From contig NC_045696.1 in NCBI RefSeq assembly GCF_009834535.1, positions 1,862,001-1,926,000 on the forward strand: a stretch of DNA of 64,000 nucleotides, given 5' to 3'. The stretch is from Camelus ferus. Its lineage: Eukaryota. The position numbers and the translations under genes were made by a program. The notes beneath the pieces are model-generated. The model saw only the letters and a program-made list of their open reading frames with translations. It searched no databases and was not told where the DNA came from. How positions within the stretch are numbered: position 1 is the stretch's first letter; each line of letters begins with the position of its first letter. Of the stretch, positions 33,925 to 45,800 are shown piece by piece.

Positions 33925-36761
33925 ATTGCTGGTCAAGATGGCAGAGTGGTGAGACCACGGGCTCGCCTCTCCTTGTGACTACAGCAAAACAACAGCTGAC
34001 GGCTGAACAACCATTGGGGGAAAAAGGCTGGAACCTAGCAAAAGAGATCTGCTTCAACTGGAAACATAAAGAGGGACCCACAGCAGGACGGTAGGAGGGG
34101 TGTGCTCAAGACATAATTGGGCCCCATACCCCCCAGGGCGGGCGACCCACAAGCTGAAGAACAATTAAGTCGCAGCGGCCCTCCCGCGGGGGTGAGAGCT
34201 CTAAGCCCCACGTCGGGCTCCCCAGACTGTGGCTCTGGCACTGGGAGGAAGAGGAGACCCCAGGATATCTGGTTTTGAAGGCCAGTAGGACTTAACTCCA
34301 GAAGTCCCACGGGACTGGGATAAACAGAGACTCCACTCTCTTGAGAAGCGTACACAGAAACTCACGTGTACCAGGTCCAAGGGCAGAGGCAGTGACTTCA
34401 CAGGAACCTGGGCCAGAGCTGCCTGCTGGACTTGGAGGGTCTCCTGGGGACGTGGGGGACGGCTGCGGCTCACTCAGGGAACAGAAAAGCTGGTGGTGGA
34501 CATTCCGGGAGTGTTCATCTACATGAGTTTGCTGGAGGCTGAGGATCTTGACTGGATCATTAGCACCAAGACCCAGCCCCACCCAGCAGCCTGTAGGGAA
34601 GTCTCAGACCAAACAACACACAGGGTGGGGACACAGCCCCATCCATCAGCAGAATTCCTGAGCCACAAAGACCTCTAGACACAGCCCTACCCACCAGAGG
34701 TCCAGGACCGAGCTTCACCCGGCAGTGGGCAGGTGCTGGCTCCTCCTGCCAGGAAACCTGCATAAGCCTCTAGTCCAGCCTCATCCACCAGGGGCAGGTA
34801 CCAGAGCTAAGAAAACAACAATCCCAAAGCCTGTGGAAGGAGTCCACAAACACAAAAAAAAGAGTGAAAAGAAATGAGGATAGTCTAAGAGAACTCTGGG
34901 ATAACATGAAGCACGTTAATGTTTGCATTATAGGGGTCCCAGAAAGAGAAGAGAGAGAGAAAGAACCTGAAAAAAATATGAAAACCAGCAAGAGAAAAGC
35001 AACAAATAACATACAAGGGAACTCCCACAAGGTTATCAGCTGAGTTTTCAGCAGAAACTCTGCAGGCCAGAAGGGAGTGGCACGGTATATTTAAAGTGAT
35101 GCAAGGGGGAAACCTACAACCAAGAACACTCTGTCCAGCAAGGCTCTCCTTCAGACTTGAGGGAGAAATCAAAAGCTTCACAGATAAACAAAAGCTACAA
35201 GATTTCAGCACCACCAAGCCAGCTTTACAACAAATGTTGAAGGACCTTCTCTAAGTCATCAAACCACAAGAAAAGACAACAGAAAGAAGAAAGAGGGAAA
35301 AAAAACAAAAGCCCTACAAAAGGTTGCTTTGGCTGTTCGGGGCCTTTTATGGCTCCATAAAACTTCGGAATTGCTTGTCTAGTGCTGTGAGGAATGTCAT
35401 GAATACTTTTACAGCGGTGCCCTGGGTCCGTCGTTGCTTTGGGTGGTGTGGCTGTTTTAATAATGTTGAGTCTTCCAATCCAAGAGCACAAGATATCTTT
35501 CCATTTCTTTGCATCATCTTCAGTTTCCTCCGTCAACGGTTTACAGTTTTCAGAGTATAAGTAACCACCTTGGTTAAGTTTATTTCTAGGTATTTTGTTG
35601 GTTTTGGTGCAATGGAAATGTTTATGCCAGCTATAAAATTCTGGGTTTTGAAGTGCGAAAAAAAAATGTGAAAGAAGGGCCGCAAATGGCAAAATAACAT
35701 TCCTTTTTATGGGTGAGTCGCATTCCATTGCATATGCATGCTGCAGCTTTTTTATCCATTCAGCTTTTCAATCCATTCAGCTTTTCACGTGCACTTAGGG
35801 TGCTTCCGCTTCCGGGTAGTTATAAATAGTGCCGCTGTTAATAGCAGGGTGTGTGTATCTTTTTGAGTTAATATTTTTGTTTTTCTTGAATATATGCCCA
35901 GGAGTGGAACTGCTGGGCCATAGGGTGGTTCTATTTTTAGGTTTTTGAGAAACCTCCATATTGTTTTCCATGGTGGCTGCACCCATTTGCATTCCCACCA
36001 ACAGTGCACAAAGGCTCCCTTTTCCCCTCATCCTTGCCGACCTTTGTTATTTGCGTTCTTTCTGATGCTGGCCATGCTGACGGGTGTGAGACGGGGTCTC
36101 ACTGTGATTGTGACTTGCATTTCCCTGGTATTAGTGATGTTGAGCAGCTTTTCAGTTCATGTTCCTGTTGGCCATCTGCATCTTCTCTTTTGGAAAAATG
36201 TCTGTTCAGTTCTTCTGCCCGTATTTTCAATGGGCTCTTTGGTTGTTTGTTTGCTTTTTAATTGAAGTGCAGTTGATTTACAATGTTGTATCTGTTTCTG
36301 GTGCACAGCATGGCTGGACTCGGAGGGCACTGTGCTGAGTGAAGTGAGTCAGCCAGAGAAAGACAGATACTGTAAGACATCACTTACATGTGGGATCGAA
36401 AAAAATACAACAGACTAGTGAGTGTAACAGAAAAGCAGCAGACTCACACACGTAGAGAAGGAACGAGCGGTGCCCAGAGGGGCGGGGGAGGGGGCGGGGC
36501 CAGATGGGGCCGGAGGACTAACAGGCACACACTGGCGGGTACAGAGTAAGCTACCAGGCCGTGCTGTACCGCGTAGGAATACAGCCAACATTTGTAACTA
36601 TGATGGAGTATAACCTTTAAAATTCACGAGTCACTATATTGTATACCTGTAACATAATACTGTGCATCAAATACACTTCAATTTAAAAAATAACGTTGTA
36701 AAATAAATAAATTAATTAAAAACAATAAAAACTGGCTTAAAGGTAAAAATAAATTTTAAAA
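33925..36761 (+). mobile_element. Rearranged L1 insertion (5' UTR, deleted ORF1, inverted segments, 3' end) with 15-bp TSD
   Basis: TSD aacagtatggtactg at 33910-33924 and 36762-36776; caagatggc L1 5' start; ORF1-like remnant at 34865-35250. Confidence 0.75.
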
Positions 36762-37769
36762 AACAGTATGGTACTGGCACAAAAACAGCACATAGATCAA
36801 TGGAACAGAATAGAGAGCCCAGAAGTAAACCCATACATATATGGACAATTAACTTACCACCAAGGAGCCACGAGTATACAGTCTCTTCAATAAATGGTGT
36901 TGGGAAAACTGGGCAGCCACATGCGAAAGAATGAGACTGAAGCACTATCTTACACCACACACAAAGATTAACTCAAAATGGATTTAAGACTTGAGTGTAA
37001 GACCTGAAACCATAAAGCTCCTAGAAGAAAGCATAGATGGTAAACTCTTTGACATCGGTCTTGGTGATGGTTTTTCCGATTTGACACCAAAAGCAAAGGC
37101 AACAAAAAAGCAAAAATAAACAAAAAACTTGACCATACTAAAAACTCCATCGCTGCAAAGGAAGCCATCAACAAAATGAAAAGGCAATGAATTGAATGGG
37201 AGAAAATAGTTGAAAATCTTACATCTGCTAAGGGGTTAGTAGCCAAAATACATGAGGAATTCATACAACTCAGCAGCAGAACAACAGACAATTTGATATA
37301 AAATCCAGGCAAAGAATCTGAATAAATAGTTTTCCAAAGGACACATACAGATGGCCAACAGGAACAAGAAGATGTGCTCAGCATCACTAATACCAGGGAA
37401 TTGCAAACCCAAACCACGAGGAGATACCACCTCACACCTGTCAGAATGGCCCTCACCAAAAAGACAAGAGACAGCAACTGCTGGCAAGGACGTGGAGAAA
37501 CGAGACTTCTTGTGCACTGTTGTGAGAATGTAATTGGTGCAGCCACTGTGGAAAACAGTATGGAGGTTCCTCAAAAAATTAAAAATAGACCTACTGTATG
37601 ATCCAGCAATCCCATTTCTGGGTATTCATCCAAAGAAAACGAAAACTACTTTGAGAAGCTATCTGCAGCCCTGTTCATTGCAGCGTATTTACAACATCCA
37701 AGACATGGAAACAACCTAAGTGCCCACCAGTGGATGAATGGATAAAGCAAGTGTGCCATGTGTATGTAT

Positions 37770-37796
37770 ACACACACACACACACACACACACACA
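37770..37796. repeat. (CA)n microsatellite
   Basis: acacacacacacacacacacacacaca. Confidence 0.95.
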
Positions 37797-38179
37797 ATGG
37801 GATGTGAAAAAAAAGTGAAATCTTCCCATTTGTGACAACATGGGTTGACCTTGAGGGGATTATGCTCAATGAAGTAAGTCAGAGAAAGACAAATACCATA
37901 TGATCTCACTTACATGTGGAATTAAGAAGAAGAAGGAAAAAAAACCCAAACTCATAGATTCAGAGAAGGTGGCAGTCAGAGGTAGGAACTGGGGGCTGGG
38001 TGAAATGAGTGAAGAGGGTCAAAAGGTACAAACTTCCAGGTAAAAAATAAGTCAATCATGTTAGGGACATAACATACAACATGGTGACTGTAGTTCATTA
38101 TACTGCATTGTCAAAACAGAAACTAGTTTAGAACAGGTTTTATCTGCAGGAAGTCTGCAAAGCTGATGCAGAACCCCCA

Positions 38180-38620
38180 CAGCCCCCACCCAGTCTCCCT
38201 TACTATCAACGTCTTGCGTCCGTGTGATACATTTGTTACAGTTAATGAGGCAGCACTGACACCCGATTCCTGACACGACTAAGCCGTGGCTCACTGGACG
38301 TCTTTCATTCTCCCCTGATGTCCCTTCTCTGTCCCATTTAGTCCACAAGTCTCCTTAGGCTCCTCTTGGCTGTGACAGTTTTTCAGACTTTCTCTGCTTT
38401 TGATGAACTTCACAGTTTTGAGGAGCCCTGGGCAGGTGTTCTGGTGGCTGTCGCTCCTCTGGAATTTTCTGGTGCTTTTGCCATGGGTGGAGGCAAGGGT
38501 TATGGGTGGGGAGGGAGCCCACAGAGGGGACAGGCATTCTCATCTCCTGGTATCTGGGGCATGGACTGTCAACCCGACAGACCACTAGCCAGCAGAGCTG
38601 TTTGTCAGCAAAGTTACTCC
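38180..38620 (-). mobile_element. L1MC-like 3' fragment
   Basis: gatacatttgttacagttaatgag and ctccttaggctcctcttggctgtgacagttt motifs. Confidence 0.6.
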
Positions 38621-38699
38621 CCCCACCTCCCAGTGAAATTTTTACGAGGATGTCAGGAGACTCAACCCACACCCAAGCCGGAGAGAGAGGAGTTATGCC

Positions 38700-39197
38700 T
38701 CCTCCGGGTCCCCACCAACACCCCCGCTCCCCGTTCCCCCTCTCCCGCCCCGCTGACTGCCCTTGACCCACCCCACCGCATTAAGCCCCTCCTCCCCTCC
38801 TGCCCAGAGCACTGAGCGCCCTTAGCCCCGCCCCTGAGCACCCCACCCCCGCACTGAGCGCCCCATTACTGAGCCCCCCTCCCTCACCCTCAAGACCCCC
38901 CCTCCCCTGCACGGATCTCTTCTCTTCATCCCTCCCCACTCTGAGGAATCTCCTCCCCCTCACCCCCTTGGGCTCCCTGACCCCCCCCCATCCAGCAGAA
39001 GCACCCCCCACATGACCTCTCACCTTTCCACCCAACACCTTCTGGCACTAAAGGCTCCGCTACACTCCCCCCTCCCCCGCTCCTGTCCCGCCCCCGCACG
39101 TCACGTGGGGACCCTGCCCCCACTCTGCGTCCCCCAACCCGGCCAGCCCACCACCCCGCTTTCCTGCTGGTTTCTGGAAAGCCCTTTCTGCGGTTCC
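38700..39197 (+). promoter_or_regulatory. C-rich DNMT3L promoter region with GC boxes and a GTCACGTG E-box (39100-39107)
   Basis: Strong C-skew, repeated CTGAGC units, CCCGCCCC boxes, directly upstream of the DNMT3L-like upstream exon. Confidence 0.6.
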
Positions 39198-39307
39198 ATG
39201 GCCCTCTCCTCCCCTGGGACCCTGAGTCTGGAGACCCTGGACGACTCGGACCCTGACCCAGCAGGGACACCTGGATGGGGCGCGGTGGCCGCCACCCTGT
39301 GAAATCC
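39198..39307 (+). pseudogene. DNMT3L: Decayed upstream coding exon of DNMT3L (now a 34-codon uORF ending TGA at 39300-39302)
   Basis: MALSSPGTLSLETLDDSDPDPAGT, then the +1 frame continues LDGARWPPPCEI to ATCC|atgagg where a GT donor is expected; that phase matches acceptor ccctag|39760. Confidence 0.65.
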
Positions 39308-39743
39308 ATGAGGCCCTTTCTCCTTCTCCCCAGCCTCCTGCCTTTGAGGGTTCGGCCCCAGAGCCCACAGGCTGGGGCCTGGGGGACAGTGTGGGAGGCA
39401 GGAACATCGGCCTGGCTGAGGGGCCCACAGCCACAGGTGGAGGTACAAGGGGGGTGGCGTGCCTCAGGCCCTGTAACGCCCTCTGTTCTCCCGTTTGTGG
39501 GGAGAAGCGGCCCACCTGACCGACACTGTGGCGGGGGCCTGGGTGGGGGCATCCAGCCAGCCCCCTCTCCAGGTGGGCACTCACCTCCCAGATTGGGACA
39601 GGGAGGTGTCACCGTGGGAGGCGGGTAGGGGTCGAGCTGGGCGGTCTACTCAGTCCCCACGCTGGGGACCAGAGGCTCCAAGACAGGCTGACGGGCCATT
39701 TTCTCCCTCTCTCGTGCGTGTCCTGTCTCCTGGTTTGTGTCCC

Positions 39744-39849
39744 ATGGCCGCTGCCCTAGTCGTGGACCTGGAGGCGGAGCACAGCATGGACGTCATCCTG
39801 GTGGGCTCCAGCGAGCTCTCATCCCCTCCGTCACCCAGGTCACGCAGAG
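39744..39849 (+). CDS. DNMT3L: DNMT3L first intact coding exon (start at 39744 or 39786)
   Basis: [35 protein letters not shown], donor AGAG|gtcagg. Confidence 0.85.
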
Positions 39850-42800
39850 GTCAGGGCTCCTTCAGGAACTGGGCCTACCGCTTAGGCTGCTGAGCCCAGG
39901 CCCGGGCAGCGTCTGGGGTTCCGTGCTTCTGCAATGTTCACACGTCATCCAGGAGCAGGAGGGCCTGACCCAAAGCGTCCCCACCCCACCCCCAAAGCAC
40001 GGATATTCGAGGTGCAGGAGACGGTGGCGGTGGTCCTCTGGCTCCTGCGACGCCAGCAGATCAACTCGTGAAGCTCGCCTCTCCACCCATTTAAATGAGG
40101 AGACAGGCGGAGGAGGGCTGCTGTTTTTCTTTTTCAGATCTTGTCGCGTATGAAGTCCAGGTGAACCAGCGAGACATAGAAGGTGAGAGGCCGCACGGCG
40201 GCCCAGGCAAAGGGTTGTCAGCCTCGCCCAGGTGTCCATCCCTGGGAGGAGGCAGCGGGCGCCCAGCTCACGCCCTCTCCCGCCCCGGCGGCCCCCAATG
40301 CTCCATTTAAAGTGTGCACGTCAGTGTCTTTTAACGTATTCACAGATAACGTGCAGCCAACACTGCAATCCAGTTTTACGACATTTTCATCACCCCCAGA
40401 AAGAAACTGCTCCCCATTAACAGTCACTCCCATTCCTCACCCCTCCACCTCCCCTCTTTCAGCCTCAGGCAACCACGAATCTGCTTTCTTTCTCTGTGGA
40501 TTTGCCTATGTGAGATCTTCTGCATTTTCATATGAATTTTAGGATTAGCTTGTCAATTTCTAAAAAAAAAACAGAACAAACAAAACCAAAGCCGCTGGGA
40601 TTCTGAGAGGGATCTGCCGACTGCTCTGGGGAGGCTTGCCGCTTGAACGATACCCCATCTCCTGATGCATGAGCGTCACGTCTGTTTGATCTTTCATTTC
40701 TTTCAACAGCGGCTTATGGTTTTCGCTGCACGGGTCTTGCACTTCTGTTGTTAAATTGGTTACTGTGTCTGTGTCTCTGTCTGACGGTATCATGACACGG
40801 CGCCCTGTGCTTTTCCACCTTAGACATGTGCATCTGCTGTGGAAGCTTCCAGGTGCACACGCAGCACCCTCTGTTTGAGGGAGGGATGTGTGCTCCATGC
40901 AAGGTAAGCGGGGAGGTCAGGGTGGCTTCGTGGAGGCCTCGGAGCGGAGGAGGCAGCCTGGTTTGCCCTCGCCAAGGACAAGTTCCTGGAGTGCCTCTTC
41001 CTGTACGATGACGACGGGTACCAGTCCTACTGCTCCATCTGCTGTGCGGGAGAGACGCTGCTCATCTGCGAAAACCCCGACTGCACCCGGTGAGGCCGCG
41101 GTGCCCGGGGGCCGGGCGGGGGGGTGAGGGACCGCTGCCCACAAGCCTAGGAAACTCCCGTCCTTCCGGGCTCCGCATCCAGGAGCGCAGGGGGATTTCC
41201 CCCTAAAAGGATGACTTTCTCCAAAGCTTTCAGTTTCCGTCTCAAACATTTCATTTGGTGTAGAGCCTTGACCTATGGGAGGGAGGTGTCAAAAGCTGTT
41301 TGTGATTTTTCTTTCTGTTTTTATCACTAAGACATAGCTGCCCCCTGGATCACAGGCGCCCCTTGCAGCCGGGGTCAGGCAGGGCATGTTCATTTGCCGT
41401 TGCACACCAGCCCAAGCTCCACCTGTGGGCCCCTCCCCTCAGTCCTTCCGGGCCACCCTCCTCCACCCCAAATCTACCCCCTACCTTAGGGATTTGGGTT
41501 TACTGGGAGACCTGACCCGGTTCCGCAAGCTCCGGAGTTTGGAGGAGGAGGATAGCTGGCTTGGGGGCGTCTCTGAAATCTGCTGTTGCCCCGGGTTCCC
41601 CGCTGTCTTCTGCAGATGGCTGGGTTCCTGACTCCCCAGGTCCCTAAGAGGGGCAGGTCCCCTTCCCTGGCCACAGACTCGCCTCCCCACATGCCACCTC
41701 TGTCTTCTCCCTGAGCCTGAGTGTGGCCTCCACCGCTCGCTCAGGGCAAGGAGCGGGCTCACTTCTGCCTGAGGATGCTCCAGGCTGTCGCCAGGCCGTG
41801 GCGGCAGCGCCATTCCTGTCGCCGTGGTTTTCTGTCCGACTCTAGATGCTACTGTTTCGAGTGCGTCGACACGCTGGTCGGCCCGGGGACGTCGGGGAGA
41901 GTTCACGCCATGAGTAACTGGGTGTGCTTCCTGTGCCTGCCCTTCCCCCGCAGCGGGCTGCTGCAGAGGAGGAGGAAGTGGCGAGGGTGGCTGAAGGCCT
42001 TCTACGACCGCGAGGCGGTGAGGCGCGCGGACGGCTGGGCCTCGAGGGCAGGGCGCAGGCACGGGCCCTGGCTCTGTTAGTTTCTCTGGCAACTGGCCGC
42101 AAAACGCTCATCTGGACACGTGGTGAAGTTAAAGGCTTTTAAGCCAACGCACTTCTGTGTCTTCCTCTTTGAGAGCAGTTTCCGCTAGGTGGTCTATCTG
42201 CTAAAAATTACTGTAGCATGGCAATTGTTTCTCCCCAGCCTGGAAGGAGGCATTTGTAGGCGGCAGGGGAGGGGCTCAGCAGAGGTGGGCCTTGGAGTCT
42301 GGCAATTGGGAGCAAACCCTGCGCAGGGTCAGCTTGGTCCAGCCCGGACAGCATCATGGATGTGGGACCTCTCCAGGGTCCAGGCCAGGAGCCGGGAGCT
42401 AGGCAGGGGCTGTGGGCTCATCAAAGCAGGTTGAGCTGTGTCCTCCCCAAAAGATACATCTAAGTCCTAACCCCTGGTACCTGTGAACTGGACCTAGTTT
42501 GCAAACAGGGTCTTGAGGGAGGTCATCCTGGATCAAGGGGACAGGAAGTGCAACAACTGGTGTCACCTAAGGAGGGGGACCTGGGAGACAGACGCAGAGG
42601 GAGGGTGGCCAGGTGATGGGCAGGGGTGTGGGCTGACCCGGGCAGCATGGAACCAGTGCTGGCCTGGGGATCTCTTCTCTGTGCTTGGCGGCCAGGCTGG
42701 TTCTGGAGAGTCACCGCACGGCGTTGCTGGCCACCCACCCACAGGGGCACATGGTGGGCCCACTGTCCCGCACTGCCTGACACCGGATGGGAGCAGGTGC

Positions 42801-45800
42801 CTCTACGGTGCTTGTCAGAATCAAGGCGCCTTGCTCCCAGTGGAGTGTCTTCAGGTCCATTTAGTGGCAGAAACCTCCCCCACTCCCCCACCCTCCACGC
42901 TGGCAAACTGCAAGGAGAGCTCCCCACTGAAAGCAATGGGAGCTGACATTCAGACCTGCTGTTGCGACAGCTCAGGGCCAGGCCGCCAGGGGGAGGAGGC
43001 GCTGCGCCTGCAGCTGCCGTGGGAACCAGGACGTATGTCCCCAGTGTCCATCAGGGCCACACCTGTGCCAGGCCCTTCCTGCCCTCCTCGCCTCCCCACA
43101 GCTCTGGGTAGCCCCAGACCTCCTGCCCGCCACCCCGGGCTCACTGGCTCCTCCACCCTTACCTGGCTGGGCACCGTCCATCTGCTCCAGCCCTGGGTAG
43201 ACCCTTCCCCAGTGGCTCAGGGTGTCCTGCGCGCCCCCGGTGCAGGCAGACAGGCTCAGGCCTGGTCTCCCATCCGCAGCTCGACACCGGGCTCCCCAGA
43301 GGCCAGGCACCCCCCCAGGGCAGCCTCCTGGGGGGCGGGGGCTCTGGGGGTGCTTGTTTCGCAGATGGACCCCCAGGTCTCTGCGGTCCGGGTGTCCTGC
43401 AGAGAGGCTGGGTTACCCCAGGCCTTCTCGGCTCCTTGGTCCTCAGCCTGGCTTCTCCGTGGCCGGACTCAGGTGCTGGCTCAGTCCTGGCCTGGGAGCG
43501 GCCTGACACTGGTAGCCTTCCTTTGGGAGTACTGGGTGACATGGGCCCTGTTCAGAGCCCACAGAGGGGACGGAGAGGGACGGGTGAATCCCACTGCTGA
43601 GCGTGTTTAGAAACACAAGGGAAGCGGCCTCTCCCGGGTGGAATTCTCTTCTTCCGCAATCGGGAACACCCCCTCGAACCTGCGAACCTGTGAACCCGCG
43701 GTTCCTTTGCTAGAGATGGCCTGGGGAGGGCAGAGTCTTCTCCGGAGGGGGCGCGGCTGGGGGCAGCCGCCCCGCAGGTGTGCCCTCTGTTCATCAGGGC
43801 AGATGCTTCTGCTCGGCCAGAGAGAATTCTTCTTGTCCCTCACGGGCTCTATGACCACGTAGTCATCAGAACATCCTTTCTTTTTTTCTTTTTTTTGAAT
43901 AGAAGAGTCCCCTTGAGATGTACAAAACTGTGCCTGTGTGGAAGAGAGAGCCAGTCCGGGTGCTGTCCCTTTTTGGGGACATCAAGAAAGGTGAGTGCGG
44001 TGACGTCCGAGGACTCACCCTGGAAGATGGGTCAGCCTGGAGCGAGACCCCAGAGGACCCGGTGTGCGTGTTTGGGGAGGGGGGGACATCCCCAGTGTCG
44101 CGCTCACTGCAGGTCTAGAGCCAGGCGCCGAGCACGAAGACGGCCTGAGGGTCATTTTCAAGAGGTGTTAGGTTGGGGGGGTGTCGCTGCAGCACTTGGC
44201 TGCTCATCCCTTCAGCAGCGGAGCCGTGGAGAGAAGGCGCAGGTGGCAGGGTAGCGGCGTGGGGGCCTGATGAGGCCCGTGGGGCCCAGGGCTCTGCCTA
44301 GGACAGCACCTGGGCCCCGCTCTGCCCACGGCCACCCAGCCCCAGACACCTCCACACACCTGGCCACCTTGCAGGGCTCTCCGCACCCTCCCTCTCCCCC
44401 AGTGTCCCGGATTGCCCTGGCCGGTCACATGCTGCGTTCCAGCCCTGCCTGGGTGTCCTGCCCCTCCGGCCCCAAGCAGACCCCCACCTGCTGGTGCCTT
44501 TGGAAATCTTACAGATTCTTCTCGGCCCAGCAGACACAAGAATCCATGAAAATACTCCTTAGTCTCTGGCCAAATGGAATGGGGGGTGGGGATCTACCCA
44601 CTTCCAGGGCTGTGTGGCGTGCCCGGTGGCATGTGGTCCAGCGCCTCATGCACACCCGTGTGAGGGACCTGGGGCCTGGGACGCACAGAGCAAGGCACAT
44701 CGTGTGCCCGAAGGAACCCAGGGATCACGGCCCACGGCCACCCGGCCTTCGAGTCCCTGCCTGGATGGCGCATCACTAGTTCAGTTTGTAGGCTCCTTCC
44801 TGTGCCGGGGCCCAGTGGTGCCACACAGCCTGGCTGGGTGACGTCGTGTGGATTGCCACCACCAGTGGTTTCCTAACCCAGAGAGGGGCACCGCAGCCAG
44901 GGAACCCTGGTTCTGCAACAAATGGCTCGACTTTCTGAAGTTAGTCCCGGTGGAGGTGGCTGCTTACCCCTGCCTGGTCGTTGAAAAGATGAAGTTTGCT
45001 CGTTAACGAGGGGCACGTTTTCCGATCGAGTGCTGGCCTTTTGATTCTGCGTGGGGTCAAAACCAGCACTAGCCCTCCTGTGCCCCCTCTGCTCCCCACC
45101 CAGAGTTGACGAGTTTGGGCTTTTTGGAAAGCGGCTCTGGGCCGGGGAGGCTGAGACATCTGGATGATGTCACCGACGTGGTGAGGAGGGACGTAAGTAC
45201 TGCTGTGTTCCTCCAGGCACCAAGGGGAGGGCAATGTGCCAGAGGTCCCAGGGGTGCTGCGGGGATAGGGGACGGGGAGGTGGGAGGGTCCCCAGCAGGT
45301 CCGGCGTGGGAGGGTCTCGCAGGGACTGGCCCCCACAGTGGGCAAGGTGAGAGGACACCTTTGTGGCTCCCACGCTGCCCACAGCCCACAGCAGAGCGAT
45401 TGGCCAAACCTCCTGTCTGGCTTGTTGGAATCCAGGGGCCAGTCCCACCCCCTGTGATGACAGGGCAGCCCCGAGACCTCCTTCTGAAATAGAACGCTGA
45501 GTCTGGGAAGCCACAGCTGCGGATTGTCTGCACACGTCCTCTGGGTGCTGCTGCGAAGTGGTCAGGGGCCCTGGAAGGCTAGTTCCTGCTGTCCTGCCTG
45601 AAAATGACTCACCAGAGCCCAGCTCGGCCTCGAGCCGTCTCCGCAGATGGGAAAAGGCCGGAGCCTCCTCCCGTGGCCTCAGGGCAGGAGGACCCTGGTC
45701 TCTCGCCCCCAACATGGGCACAGCCTCTCACCCCAGGATTAAAGCCCACTGTCCCCAGAGCCCAGCAACCACGTGCAGAGGGTCTGAGGGGCTGGAGTGC

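Larger units (their letters stand above)
33010..38105 (+). mobile_element. Older L1 (ORF2 end plus 3' UTR) split by an LTR and a younger L1 insertion
   Basis: L1 ORF2 sequence is collinear across 33010-33163, 33812-33924 and 36777-38105 (acagtatggtactg|gcacaaaaacag..., gataccacctcacacctgtcagaatggc). Confidence 0.85.

Noticed and set aside
42513..43610. 365-aa ORF inside a DNMT3L intron
   Set aside because: Non-ATG start inside an MLT1 remnant, Pro/Gly/Ala-rich with no recognisable domain; expected by chance at this GC content
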